Assembly (NCBI GenBank): GCA_965533275.1
Contig: CBESWG010000001.1
Coordinates: 145,388-209,387, forward strand
Origin: an uncultured bacterium
GTDB lineage: Bacteria; Acidobacteriota; Aminicenantia; Aminicenantales; Aminicenantaceae
DNA: 64,000 nt
Direction of reading: 5' to 3'
Shown: in pieces, positions 37,098 through 47,054 of the stretch
How positions within the stretch are numbered: position 1 is the first letter of the stretch
How the letters are laid out: the number at the start of each line of letters is the position of its first letter
The notes under the pieces: generated by a model
What the model was told of the DNA's origin: nothing
Seen by the model: the letters and a program-made list of their open reading frames with translations, nothing else
Database searches by the model: none
Program-made: the position numbers and the translations under genes

Positions 37098-39497
37098 ATG
37101 ATGATTTTGAACTATTTGAAGACTGCCTGGCGGAATATTCGCAAGCAGAAGGGATATTCTGTGATCAACCTGAGCGGTTTGGCCATAGGTATGGCCTGCT
37201 GTCTGCTCATCCTGCTTTTCGTTCAGGATGAGCTGAGTTTTGACCGGCACCATGAGAATGCGGAGAGGATCTACCGCGTGGTCATCGATGCCGAGGTGGG
37301 CGGGTCCCTTTCCCAACTGGCTCTCTGCCCGTTCGCCGCCCCCCCGGTCTTTGCCGCAGAAATACCCGAGGTCGAATCCTATGTCCGCCTGGTCGGGATA
37401 GGACGCAGACAGATCATCGAATACGAGGAGCAATCCTTCGAAGAGGAGGGTATCTTCCTGGGCGACGATACGTTCTTCGACATCTTCACACACACGTTTC
37501 TAGACGGAAATCCAAATAATGCCCTGGAACAGCCAGGTTCTGTGGTCCTCACGCAGGACACGGCCCAGCGCCTATTTGGGGATGAGAATGCCATCGGCAA
37601 GACGCTGACCTTCGCCCCGGTGGGGGATCTTCATGTCACAGGGATCATCCAGAATGTTCCCCGGAATTCTCATTTCCACTTCAATTATCTGATCTCTTTC
37701 AATTCGCTGAGCGAGAAACAGAAGGCGGGGCTGGAGCAGTGGCTGTCTGTTCAGGGGTGGGCCTATCTCCTCTTGGATGAGAGGGCGGAGGTGCAGGCTG
37801 TCCGGGACAAAATACCCGAGATCGTGGAGAATCACACGGGCCAGCAGGCGCGCAAATTCGGGATCTCAATGGAGTTCCACATCCAGAAGATGACAGACAT
37901 CCACCTGAGATCCAAGATCCAGGGAGAGATAGAGCCCACAGGAAACATCGTATACGTGTATGTTTTCTCCGCCATCGCGCTCTTTATCCTGCTGATCGCA
38001 TGTATTAATTTCATGAACCTCTCCACGGCGCGCTCTTCCAACCGGGCCCGCGAGGTGGGCCTGCGTAAGGTCTTTGGTGCTTTTAGAAAAAACCTGGTCG
38101 GACAGTTTCTCTCTGAATCGATGCTGCTCTCCCTGGCTTCGCTTCTGCTGGCAGTGGGCCTCGCATCTCTGGCGCTGCCTCTGTTCAATACTTTCGCCGG
38201 CAAGGAGATGACAGCAGGTTTCCTTTTCCAGCCTCCCATAATGGCCGGAATGATGTTCCTGATCCTTTTCTCAGGTCTCATGGCCGGGAGCTATCCCGCG
38301 TTTTTTCTTTCGGGATTCCAGCCCATAGCCGTCTTCCGCGGTGTGCTGAGCAAAGGAGCCAAGAGTTCTGCACTGCGCAAGGTCCTGGTCGTATTCCAGT
38401 TTACCCTTTCCGTGGCTTTGATCATCGGAACGGGAATCGTACTGCGCCAGATCGATTACATGAAGAACAAAGACCTTGGCTTCGATAAAGAGAACATGCT
38501 GGTGGTGCCCGTTCAAACTCCGCAGACTGCCCGCAATCATGTTGGGATCAAGGCAGAGCTCCTTCAGAATACTAATATCACCCAGGCCACATTTTCATCC
38601 GGCATCCCTGGCCGGACAGGGGAACTGCGTTTGATGGTACCGGAAGGGAAAACCCAGAGTGAGACATTCTCGATGTACGTCTTCCGCAGCGACTATGACT
38701 ATATCCCCGCCTATGGGATGCGTTTGGTCTCCGGGAGAAACTTTTCCGAAGATTTCAGCACGGATGCCACCGAGGCCTACATCGTCAATGAAATCGCAGC
38801 GCGAAGGTTCGGGTGGGATCCGGATGAAGCCGTGGGCAAAGAACTGGCGTTTGCCGAAGGACGACCGGGCCATATCATCGGCGTGCTAGCTGACTTCCAT
38901 TATCAGCCCTTGAACCAGGAGATCGAGCCCATGGCGCTGATGATGGAAAAACAGGCCCTTGCTTTTGTGTCCATGAGAGTTGATCCACGAAACACGTCAG
39001 CGGCCATCGAGTTTGTTCGAGAAAAATGGACGAGCCTCGAACCGGGGCGGGAATTCGATTATTTTTTTCTTGACGATGACCTGGCAACACGATACGCCTC
39101 GGAGGATCGGCTCAGCGATATCCTGAGCCTGTTTGCTCTTCTGGCCATCGTGATCGCCTGTCTGGGCCTGTTCGGGCTGGCGTCCTATACGGCCGAGCAG
39201 CGTACTCGAGAGATCGGCATCCGTAAGGTGCTGGGTGCCTCGATCAACAGTGTGATCGTGCAGCTATCCAAGGAATTCATAAAATGGGTGCTCGTGGCAA
39301 ATATCGTTGCCTGGCCCCTCACATACTGGTTGATGCGGAACTATTGGCTTTCGGGCTTTCCCTACAGGACCAGCCCCGAGCTGTGGATCTTTCTCGCTGC
39401 TGGGGCCGCATCCATCGTGATCGCTCTGATCACAGTCGGATTCCAGGTGGTCCGTGCTGCCACCGCCAATCCGGCGGACAGCCTGCGCTACGAATAG
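37098..39497 (+). CDS. ABC transporter permease, MacB/FtsX family (double FtsX domain)
   Basis: 799 aa. The N-terminal 'LKTAWRNIRKQKGYSVINLSGLAIGMACCLL' MacB-like start, two FtsX four-TM blocks, and the C-terminal 'VRAATANPADSLRYE' family ending. Confidence 0.8.
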   Translation: MMILNYLKTAWRNIRKQKGYSVINLSGLAIGMACCLLILLFVQDELSFDRHHENAERIYRVVIDAEVGGSLSQLALCPFAAPPVFAAEIPEVESYVRLVGIGRRQIIEYEEQSFEEEGIFLGDDTFFDIFTHTFLDGNPNNALEQPGSVVLTQDTAQRLFGDENAIGKTLTFAPVGDLHVTGIIQNVPRNSHFHFNYLISFNSLSEKQKAGLEQWLSVQGWAYLLLDERAEVQAVRDKIPEIVENHTGQQARKFGISMEFHIQKMTDIHLRSKIQGEIEPTGNIVYVYVFSAIALFILLIACINFMNLSTARSSNRAREVGLRKVFGAFRKNLVGQFLSESMLLSLASLLLAVGLASLALPLFNTFAGKEMTAGFLFQPPIMAGMMFLILFSGLMAGSYPAFFLSGFQPIAVFRGVLSKGAKSSALRKVLVVFQFTLSVALIIGTGIVLRQIDYMKNKDLGFDKENMLVVPVQTPQTARNHVGIKAELLQNTNITQATFSSGIPGRTGELRLMVPEGKTQSETFSMYVFRSDYDYIPAYGMRLVSGRNFSEDFSTDATEAYIVNEIAARRFGWDPDEAVGKELAFAEGRPGHIIGVLADFHYQPLNQEIEPMALMMEKQALAFVSMRVDPRNTSAAIEFVREKWTSLEPGREFDYFFLDDDLATRYASEDRLSDILSLFALLAIVIACLGLFGLASYTAEQRTREIGIRKVLGASINSVIVQLSKEFIKWVLVANIVAWPLTYWLMRNYWLSGFPYRTSPELWIFLAAGAASIVIALITVGFQVVRAATANPADSLRYE

Positions 39498-39519
39498 GAG
39501 GCGCAGCAGCGCCCTTGAA

Positions 39520-42339
39520 CTATTTGTTTTCGATCAGCACGGGTTTCCCCAGGCCCAGTTGTTCCAGTTCCTTCATCTGGGTGGCGGCATCGCCCACCAC
39601 CAGGTAGATCATTGTATCCGGCTTGATGTATTTCTGTGCCAGCTCTTTGTGCCGGTCCAGGGTCATGTTCCGGACGATGCCTTCCTGCTGCTTGATGTAG
39701 TCGGCAGGAAAACCGTAGTTGCCCATGGTATTCAGCATGCCGATCAAGGCCCCCAGAGTCTCGAAGCGCAGGGCATTGGACTTGATCAGGGCGCTCTTGG
39801 TGAACTCCAGGTCTTCGGCCGAGATCCCATTCCTGTACTCTGTCATCGAATCCTTGAAGATCTGGGTCGATTCCAAGGTAACTCGAGACTGCACGGAAGA
39901 AGACGCGGAAAATGAGCCCGGGATGATGGAGCCGCTGAAACCGGAACGGGCACCATAAGTATAGCCTTTTTCCTCTCGAAGGATCATGTTGACGATACTG
40001 TTGAAGCTTCCTCCGAGTTTGTAGTTCATGACATAGGCCGGGTAATAGTCCGGATCCGTGTATGCCAGACTCAGGCTACCGATACGGATGACAGATTGTT
40101 TGGCAGCGGGAACGTCCACAAAACAGACCAAGGCATCCTCCCTGGGATCGGGAAGCGGGTATTCGGGGAAGACCACGTCCTTGGCGGCCCACTTTTCCTC
40201 CAGGGACTTTAAGGTCCGGGCAGCCTCTGCCTGGGAAATATTTCCTGCGATTGCGACATGGGCCAGAGAAGGCGAGAAATATTTTTCGTAATACGCTTTG
40301 ATGTCCTCAAGACTGATTGCTTCCACGGACTCTGTGTTCCCTACCACGGGAAAGCGGAAAATGTGTTTTTCGCCGTATGTGAGATCGTTGAATACATTTG
40401 CGGAGATGGCATTAGGGTTTGCCTTGTTGCGGTTTATGGATTCCAAGGTTTCTCTCTTCACACGTTCGAATTCTTTGGCGTCCCAGCGCGGCTCTAACAA
40501 TATTTCTTCGACCAGCGCGTAGACATCGGCGAATTTCGAAGAGAGGCAGTTGACCCGGAGGCTTATGGCCTCACGCCCCGTGTACATCATGATGCTGGCA
40601 CCCAGGTCGTCGATGGCCTCTTCCAGTTCGATGGGAGTCTTGTTCCGTGTTCCTTCCATGAGGAGGTCGCTAACCAGGTTGCCGACTCCGACCTTATTGA
40701 AATCGTCCAACAACTGGCCGCCCCTTATCGTCATCGTGAATTGGATAAGCGGCAGTTCATGATGCTCGATCCCATAGATCTTCATGCCGTTTCCGAGGCT
40801 TTCCTGCCATACCGTGGGGAGGATTGCCTCCGGGTCGGCTCCGAGGTCGGGTTCTACGCTGCGGTCAAATGAGGACGGGCTCGGTTCTGTTGTGAATCCT
40901 TCGCCCTGAGAGACCGTGGTCTCCTCGGCTGAGATGCTCTCCTCTTCTATGGGGAATCTCTCAGATCCCTCAACAATTAAGTCTGTCTGGCCCTTGGGAA
41001 CAAAGCAGGTCATAACATACGGCTTGTCCTTGATGTATTCTTCATAGACCCGCATGATGTCCGCCTTGGTCACAGCCTGAATCTTTTCCAAATCTGTGGC
41101 AAGATAGTCGGGTGAACCGGCATACTCGTTATAGCGAGCCAGCTGAAAGGACTTGCCGAGCGCACTGGAAAGCCCATTGTAGAAACTGGTTTCGATCCCG
41201 GCCTTGATCCGCTCTACGTCCTGTTCCGTAAAGGATTCAGTTTCAAATCTCTCAAAAGTCTCGGCGATGGCGCCTGTGACATCGTTTAGGCCGATCTTGG
41301 GGAAGGTTCTGATCCGGATCATGAATTCTCCAGCGATCTCACTGCTCATCTGATAGCCGGATGCTCGGGGTGCCAGTTTCTTTTCTTCCACAATGACCTT
41401 GTACATGGGCGCCTTCCTGCTGCCGGAGAGCAGCTGGCCCAGGAAGCTTAAGGGATAGGCATCCGGATGGTATTGTTCCACAGTAGGGTAAACCATGCTG
41501 ATCTCTGGAGAACGCGCGAAGTTGTCTTCGTGAAACGCCAGTTTTGAGGCGGCCAGAGCAACGGCCATAGGCTTGGGTGCCTCGAGTTTGCTGCCTCCAG
41601 GGATCTCACCGAAGTATTTTTCGATCAGAGCCTTGGTCTCATCCACCTCGAAATCCCCGGCCACGACCAGAGTGCAGTTGTTCGGACGGTACCATTTTTC
41701 ATGGAACTCGTGCACGTCCTTGAGTGTGGCATTAGTCAGGTCTTCCATGGAGCCGATCACCTGCCAGCTGTATGGATGTCCTTCCGGGTAGAGCATTTTG
41801 CCGATGATATAGCTCGTATAGCCATAGGGCCGGTTGTCAACACCCTGGCGCTTTTCATTTTTCACGACACCCTGTTGGTTGGCGAAAGCTTCCTGGGTTA
41901 TGGTGCTTCGTAGATACCCCAACCTGTCTGACTCGAGCCAGAGTGCAAGCTCCAGAGCATTCTTGGGCAGGACTTCAAAATAGATGGTGCCATCCCTGCT
42001 GGTTCCCCCATTCAGTGTGCCCCCGGCTGATTGGATCTTTTTGAAGAACTGGTCCTGGCCGACATGTTGTGACTCCTGGAACATCATGTGCTCAAAAAGA
42101 TGGGCAAAGCCGGTCCGGCCCAGGACTTCCCGGTTGGATCCAACATGGAACTGGAGCGCCACCGCTACGATGGGATCGGAACGATCCTCATGCAGGATGA
42201 CCGTCAGTCCGTTGTCCAGCGTGTATTTTGCATAATCGATCCTGAATTCACCGGCAGTCTCTGCCTTCTGAGCGCAGCCCGAGCTGGCCAATAGAACTGC
42301 CAGCAGAAAAATAGAGAATCGGATGTAATGATTTTTCAT
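39520..42339 (-). CDS. Secreted tandem M16 (pitrilysin/insulinase-family) zinc peptidase
   Basis: 939 aa. Lipoprotein-like signal, inverted zinc motif 'HLFEHMMFQ' (HxxEH), and a second M16-like half. Confidence 0.8.
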   Translation of the reverse strand: MKNHYIRFSIFLLAVLLASSGCAQKAETAGEFRIDYAKYTLDNGLTVILHEDRSDPIVAVALQFHVGSNREVLGRTGFAHLFEHMMFQESQHVGQDQFFKKIQSAGGTLNGGTSRDGTIYFEVLPKNALELALWLESDRLGYLRSTITQEAFANQQGVVKNEKRQGVDNRPYGYTSYIIGKMLYPEGHPYSWQVIGSMEDLTNATLKDVHEFHEKWYRPNNCTLVVAGDFEVDETKALIEKYFGEIPGGSKLEAPKPMAVALAASKLAFHEDNFARSPEISMVYPTVEQYHPDAYPLSFLGQLLSGSRKAPMYKVIVEEKKLAPRASGYQMSSEIAGEFMIRIRTFPKIGLNDVTGAIAETFERFETESFTEQDVERIKAGIETSFYNGLSSALGKSFQLARYNEYAGSPDYLATDLEKIQAVTKADIMRVYEEYIKDKPYVMTCFVPKGQTDLIVEGSERFPIEEESISAEETTVSQGEGFTTEPSPSSFDRSVEPDLGADPEAILPTVWQESLGNGMKIYGIEHHELPLIQFTMTIRGGQLLDDFNKVGVGNLVSDLLMEGTRNKTPIELEEAIDDLGASIMMYTGREAISLRVNCLSSKFADVYALVEEILLEPRWDAKEFERVKRETLESINRNKANPNAISANVFNDLTYGEKHIFRFPVVGNTESVEAISLEDIKAYYEKYFSPSLAHVAIAGNISQAEAARTLKSLEEKWAAKDVVFPEYPLPDPREDALVCFVDVPAAKQSVIRIGSLSLAYTDPDYYPAYVMNYKLGGSFNSIVNMILREEKGYTYGARSGFSGSIIPGSFSASSSVQSRVTLESTQIFKDSMTEYRNGISAEDLEFTKSALIKSNALRFETLGALIGMLNTMGNYGFPADYIKQQEGIVRNMTLDRHKELAQKYIKPDTMIYLVVGDAATQMKELEQLGLGKPVLIENK

Positions 42340-42461
42340 TTTTGCCTCCGTCTTTTGAGTGAGAGTACTGTCTGAATACCCCTGCCAATGCTTGACTATT
42401 GTATTGATCAGAACGACACAAGTAAAGTCGCTTTAAATATCTTCTTGAGCTATTTTAGTGC

Positions 42462-44402
42462 TTACTTTCCGATCCTTATTTTTTTGGACACGACGCCGCC
42501 TCGGGTAGACGTGTATTTCACCGTACAATCCGTGCCCTCGATGCCGTTGAGCTTAATCTTAAAGGTCGCCTTGGCCTTGTCATTGCCGGGGATGCGGCCG
42601 ATCTCGATATAGGGCCTGTTCCCGCGCGGTTCTATGATCTTGACCTTGGCTTCCTCCTGGGGCTCCTCCGGCTGCTGCCCTCTGCCGGACATCCCTCCAT
42701 ACATTCCACGCTGTGTGCGCTGAGGCAGAATGCCGTCCGGGAATTCCAGTGTGATACGGTCCGGCATGACCATCTTGACGAGCTGGGCCTGTTTCAGTGC
42801 GGTGGGCAGGTATCCCTGGTTCTCGAGTTCGACTTCGATAGTGAATTCTCCACCCTTTTCGCTGATTTTGGGCTCGGCCATCTCGATCTGCGGCAGGCTC
42901 GCTGCCAGCATGAGATTGAAGCGGGCCTCCATGATGATCCACTTCTCCAGGATCTCCGGCGGGGGATTCTGGCGGTAGAACTTCCCGTCCCATCCCCCGA
43001 CCTCGACCACGCCGTGGACCGGGTGCATGGCCTTGGTCCATTCCTGGAAACGGCTTACATCCAGTTCCTTGTCATTGAACTGGAGCCGGTCCCACTCGTC
43101 GCTGGTTCCATCCTCGTCATAGTCTCCAATCCTCCCGCCGTTCCATAACTCGTCGCCGTACCAGATGGCTCCGTAGTACCAGTATCCGAAGTCCGGGCTG
43201 TGTCCGAAGAGTGGCCGTCCTCGGCCGTAGTCCTGGTAAACGTCACCCGCCCTCTCATAGCCCGAGATTTCCTTGCCCTTCTCGTCGAAATGCTTGTAGA
43301 GTTCGAGGTCCTCGGGATACATGCGTTCTTCGCTGGGGGAGGTGGAGGGCGGCCTCAGGTGCATGGGCACTGTCGTGTCCATGGTGTTCATCACTGATAT
43401 GTTGGGGTGTTCGAGCAGGAAGACGACCAGAGATCTTGTTTCCACTTCGGACAGGGGATAGGCCCCGGCCCCGCGCTGAGTAAAACCCCGCCCCGTCTTC
43501 TCGTTCTCCGCCATGGGGCGCCAGTTCTCGACGTAGTTTCTGTGGAGATCGAGCCCTCCGATCCCATCCTCGTTCACACGGCCGTCCCCATCGTTGTCCA
43601 CGCCTTCTGACATTACGTCATAGACCCCTTCTCCCTCGGGCGCTATCTTCATCAACCGCCCCTTGGGATCGCGGGGATCGAGGATGAACCTCCCTTTTCC
43701 TTTCTCGACCTTGACCCGCATCTGGCGGCTCCATCCGTCCCCGTCCAGGTCTTCGGCGGGATCTTCGTCCAGTAGCCCGTCGAGGTCATTGTCGTAGGGG
43801 CGTATCGTGCTCCTGAGGGTCTGTGCCGTCATGAGATAGAGAAGGCTCCCGTCCGGGTTGTTCTTGGGCCGGAAGTAGAACGCGAACTTGTCCAACAGGC
43901 GCGTTATCTCGGCATCTGTGCCGAAGTTGGTCAGCATGTGATGCAGCATCCAGAATGCCGATTCCGCAGCCGTGACCTCGCCGCTGTGTCGGTTCCCGTC
44001 GATGAACATGGCCGGCTTGTCCGTATCTGCCCCGGTCTTTTTGTTGGTAACCGTGAGCTGATAAATGGGGATTCCCCCGAAACTCTTGGCGGCCACATAC
44101 AAGTCGACCAGATCGGGGTATTCATCGGCCCATTTCTTGAACCACCAGACCATCTCTTTATAAGTGTGGTAGTGTTTGAAGTCCATGACCCCTTTTTCCA
44201 GGGGTTTTGTCGCTGAATAATTGCTGCGCGGAAAAAAACTGGGGCCGTGCCTGTATCCGGGAACGGTCCAGTATTGAGCTTCATCGCCTTCCTTGGATTG
44301 ATCCTGGCCAAAAAGCAGGCCGAAACAGGATATGACGCATACGGCAACTAACAGGATCAGCAGGCCCTTGGTTCGATGGTTCATTCCTCTCTCCTCTTTC
44401 AA
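42462..44402 (-). CDS. Secreted M14 family carboxypeptidase-like protein
   Basis: Signal/TM segment. 'FIDGNRHSGEVTAAESAFWMLHHM' (HxxE) and 'RPKNNPDG'. 646 aa with an Asp-rich insert (DNDLDGLLDEDPAEDLDGDG). Confidence 0.6.
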   Translation of the reverse strand: MKEERGMNHRTKGLLILLVAVCVISCFGLLFGQDQSKEGDEAQYWTVPGYRHGPSFFPRSNYSATKPLEKGVMDFKHYHTYKEMVWWFKKWADEYPDLVDLYVAAKSFGGIPIYQLTVTNKKTGADTDKPAMFIDGNRHSGEVTAAESAFWMLHHMLTNFGTDAEITRLLDKFAFYFRPKNNPDGSLLYLMTAQTLRSTIRPYDNDLDGLLDEDPAEDLDGDGWSRQMRVKVEKGKGRFILDPRDPKGRLMKIAPEGEGVYDVMSEGVDNDGDGRVNEDGIGGLDLHRNYVENWRPMAENEKTGRGFTQRGAGAYPLSEVETRSLVVFLLEHPNISVMNTMDTTVPMHLRPPSTSPSEERMYPEDLELYKHFDEKGKEISGYERAGDVYQDYGRGRPLFGHSPDFGYWYYGAIWYGDELWNGGRIGDYDEDGTSDEWDRLQFNDKELDVSRFQEWTKAMHPVHGVVEVGGWDGKFYRQNPPPEILEKWIIMEARFNLMLAASLPQIEMAEPKISEKGGEFTIEVELENQGYLPTALKQAQLVKMVMPDRITLEFPDGILPQRTQRGMYGGMSGRGQQPEEPQEEAKVKIIEPRGNRPYIEIGRIPGNDKAKATFKIKLNGIEGTDCTVKYTSTRGGVVSKKIRIGK

Positions 44403-44512
44403 GATGACAAGAACTTATCACAACCCAGGCCGGGGAAGCAATGGCCTTGACCCAGCCGGAACTTTTCACATAGACTCGGATGGAAAACGCTCTTTTATAT
44501 GAGGAATGTATA

Positions 44513-46171
44513 ATGCTAGCACACTCAATGCGCCGTGTTCTTTCTTTTTTGATGATCCTGTTTTTTGCAGGGCTGAGCTTGTCACAGGCCCAAGATGTCA
44601 GGCCCCTAACAAAGGCAGAATCAAGTGAGTATAAGGCGACCTCTCTCCATTCGGACGTGCTGGAATTTGTTCAGGCCCTACAGAAGTCGAGTCTGAGGTT
44701 GCGCGTCGAAACTTTGGGGACGAGTGCCGAGGGCCGGACCATACCCCTGCTGGTGATCGGCGATCCTGTCCCATCCTCGCCTCGGGATTTGGCATTTGAC
44801 GACCGGCTCGTGGTCTACATCCAGGCCGGCATCCACGCAGGTGAGGTGGAGGGCAAGGAGGCGGCACTGATGCTGGCCCGCGACCTGGCGTTGGCCGAAT
44901 CACCGGATTACCTGAAAGACATCGTGCTCCTCATCGCCCCGATATTCAATCCGGATGGGAACGAGAAGATCAGCCCGGACAACCGCCGCAGCCAGGTAGG
45001 CCCGGAACAAGGGGTTGGGGTACGGCCCAACGGCCTGAACATGGACCTGAACCGCGACGGGATGAAGCTCGAGAGCCCGGAGGTGGCGGGCCTGGTCGAG
45101 AACGTTATGCTACGGTGGGACCCGGCCGTCCTCCTGGACAGCCACACACATAACGGTTCCTATCACGAGGAATTCGTCACCTGGGTGTGGTCCCTCAACC
45201 CCAACGGAGACAAAAGTCTGATTCGATACATGAGCGACACCGTGCGCCCCGATATCAATCGGATCCTGAAGGAAAAGTACGACACGCTTTGCATCCCGCA
45301 TGGGGATTTCATGAGCATCCGGGAACCGGAAAAGGGCTGGCGGCCCCTGGGACCTCAGCCCCGCTATCTCAGCAACTACTTCGGGCTGCGGAACCGCCTG
45401 GGCATCCTCAACGAGAACTATCCCTATGCCGATTTTAAGACACGGATCACAGGTGCCTACCATCTTTTTCATGCGTTGCTGGAGTTCTGCGCAGACAGTA
45501 AGAGCCAGATCACGGACCTCCTGCGCAAGGCCGATGAAGCGACCATTAGCCGTGGGCTGGCGCCGTCTGAACAGGATGCGTTCGCCGTCGAATACGGTGT
45601 GCGTCCCATAAAGGACAAGATCACGGTCAACGGGTATGTGATGGAACAGTACCAGACAGAGAGCGGCAGGACGCGCGCCCGCAGGACAGACGAGACGCGC
45701 ACCTACACCATGCCTTTTATGGCGGAATTCTTTGCGAAACGGTCAGTGAGGCTGCCATTCGGCTATCTTATCGCAGAGCCGGCGCCCGCGGTCCTGAAAA
45801 AGCTACAGCAACATGGCATCCTGGTGGAGCGCCTCACCCAGCCTGTCAGCCTCGATGTGGAGGGATTCAAGGTCACAGAACTCAAGGGAGAACAGAGGCC
45901 CTTCCAGGGGCACCGCCTCAATTCTGTAACCGGAGAGTATTTCGTGGAGGAAAAGGAGTTTCCGGCAGGCACGCTTTTCGTCCCCATGGCCCAGCCCCTG
46001 GCCAACGTCGCCTCCTATCTCTTGGAACCGGAGAGCGATGACGGACTTCTGGTCTGGAACTTCTTTGACGGCCAGCTGGCCTCGCAGTGGGGGAGGGGGC
46101 AGCAGGTCTATCCGGTATACAAGCTGTATGCGCCTGTTCCCCTGGTCAAGGAAACCTTGCAAAAACAGTGA
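44513..46171 (+). CDS. Secreted M14 family carboxypeptidase-like protein
   Basis: ATG 44513 with a gagga RBS. Signal peptide, 'IQAGIHAGEVEG' (HxxE) and 'IFNPDGNEK'. Confidence 0.7.
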   Translation: MLAHSMRRVLSFLMILFFAGLSLSQAQDVRPLTKAESSEYKATSLHSDVLEFVQALQKSSLRLRVETLGTSAEGRTIPLLVIGDPVPSSPRDLAFDDRLVVYIQAGIHAGEVEGKEAALMLARDLALAESPDYLKDIVLLIAPIFNPDGNEKISPDNRRSQVGPEQGVGVRPNGLNMDLNRDGMKLESPEVAGLVENVMLRWDPAVLLDSHTHNGSYHEEFVTWVWSLNPNGDKSLIRYMSDTVRPDINRILKEKYDTLCIPHGDFMSIREPEKGWRPLGPQPRYLSNYFGLRNRLGILNENYPYADFKTRITGAYHLFHALLEFCADSKSQITDLLRKADEATISRGLAPSEQDAFAVEYGVRPIKDKITVNGYVMEQYQTESGRTRARRTDETRTYTMPFMAEFFAKRSVRLPFGYLIAEPAPAVLKKLQQHGILVERLTQPVSLDVEGFKVTELKGEQRPFQGHRLNSVTGEYFVEEKEFPAGTLFVPMAQPLANVASYLLEPESDDGLLVWNFFDGQLASQWGRGQQVYPVYKLYAPVPLVKETLQKQ

Positions 46172-46280
46172 CTCAATACTCTTCGATCGTGTAGCCGTAG
46201 CGTTTGACAAACTTATAGTCATCGAAGATGGTCACGGAATACGCCTTTTAGAGGGCCCGAGTTGTGGTAGCACAGGCTGC

Positions 46281-46901
46281 CTAGCGCGAGAGGAGTTCTT
46301 GCACCATCAGGTCGAAGACGGCCTTGGAATTGCAGTCCTTGGTGGCGGGATAGGTGTCGATCAGGTTGCGGAAAGACCGGGTGGTCGCCTCATCGAAACC
46401 CAACTGCAGGAAGACCAGCATCTTTTCGCCCTCGATGAGGTAGGTGTAGCGCTTCTCATCAAAATCGTCCCAGCAGATTCCGGTCTTGTCCAATTCCGTC
46501 AGGCTCTTGAATTCCTGGCGCGTGATGAGTTCGGGCTCAAGCTCATGCGGCAGGACCTGGACGATGACCTGCATGGGAGGGCCCCAGGACAGGGTCGTTT
46601 TATCGAAGCTGATGAAGTCATCAAAATAGTAGGTCAAACCAAACACCTCATCCATGTGGCCGCCCGTGTACGTGCCGAGGAGGATCTCGTCGGCTATTTC
46701 ATAGGATTTGCGCATTTCTGCGCCCATCTCGCGCTGGAAGTCCATGATGTCGAATTTGGGGGGCGGCGGGGGAGGAGTAGGTTTGGCCTCGGGCTGTGGT
46801 TGGACCTCAGGTTTGGATGCGCAGCCGACAGCAAGGGCAACGGCAACCGCGACTGTCCAGATGAGGATGGTTTTCCTGTGCAGCGTATGATATTTCAACA
46901 T
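46281..46901 (-). CDS. Lipoprotein with a proline-rich linker (hypothetical)
   Basis: Lipobox 'LAVGCAS' followed by 'PEVQPQPEAKPTPPPPPPK'. No recognisable catalytic motif. Confidence 0.35.
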   Translation of the reverse strand: MLKYHTLHRKTILIWTVAVAVALAVGCASKPEVQPQPEAKPTPPPPPPKFDIMDFQREMGAEMRKSYEIADEILLGTYTGGHMDEVFGLTYYFDDFISFDKTTLSWGPPMQVIVQVLPHELEPELITRQEFKSLTELDKTGICWDDFDEKRYTYLIEGEKMLVFLQLGFDEATTRSFRNLIDTYPATKDCNSKAVFDLMVQELLSR

Positions 46902-47054
46902 CGATCGATTCCTTTCATTTCTCTCCTATTATACGGGCTGGCGCATTTTTTTGAAGTGTCTGCGTTTAATTTAATGGAGGCACATAATATTCGATTTTCA
47001 ATCTCAAATTGATTAGAATATCTCCGTAATCCTTCATGCAAGGGGGTAGACAAA

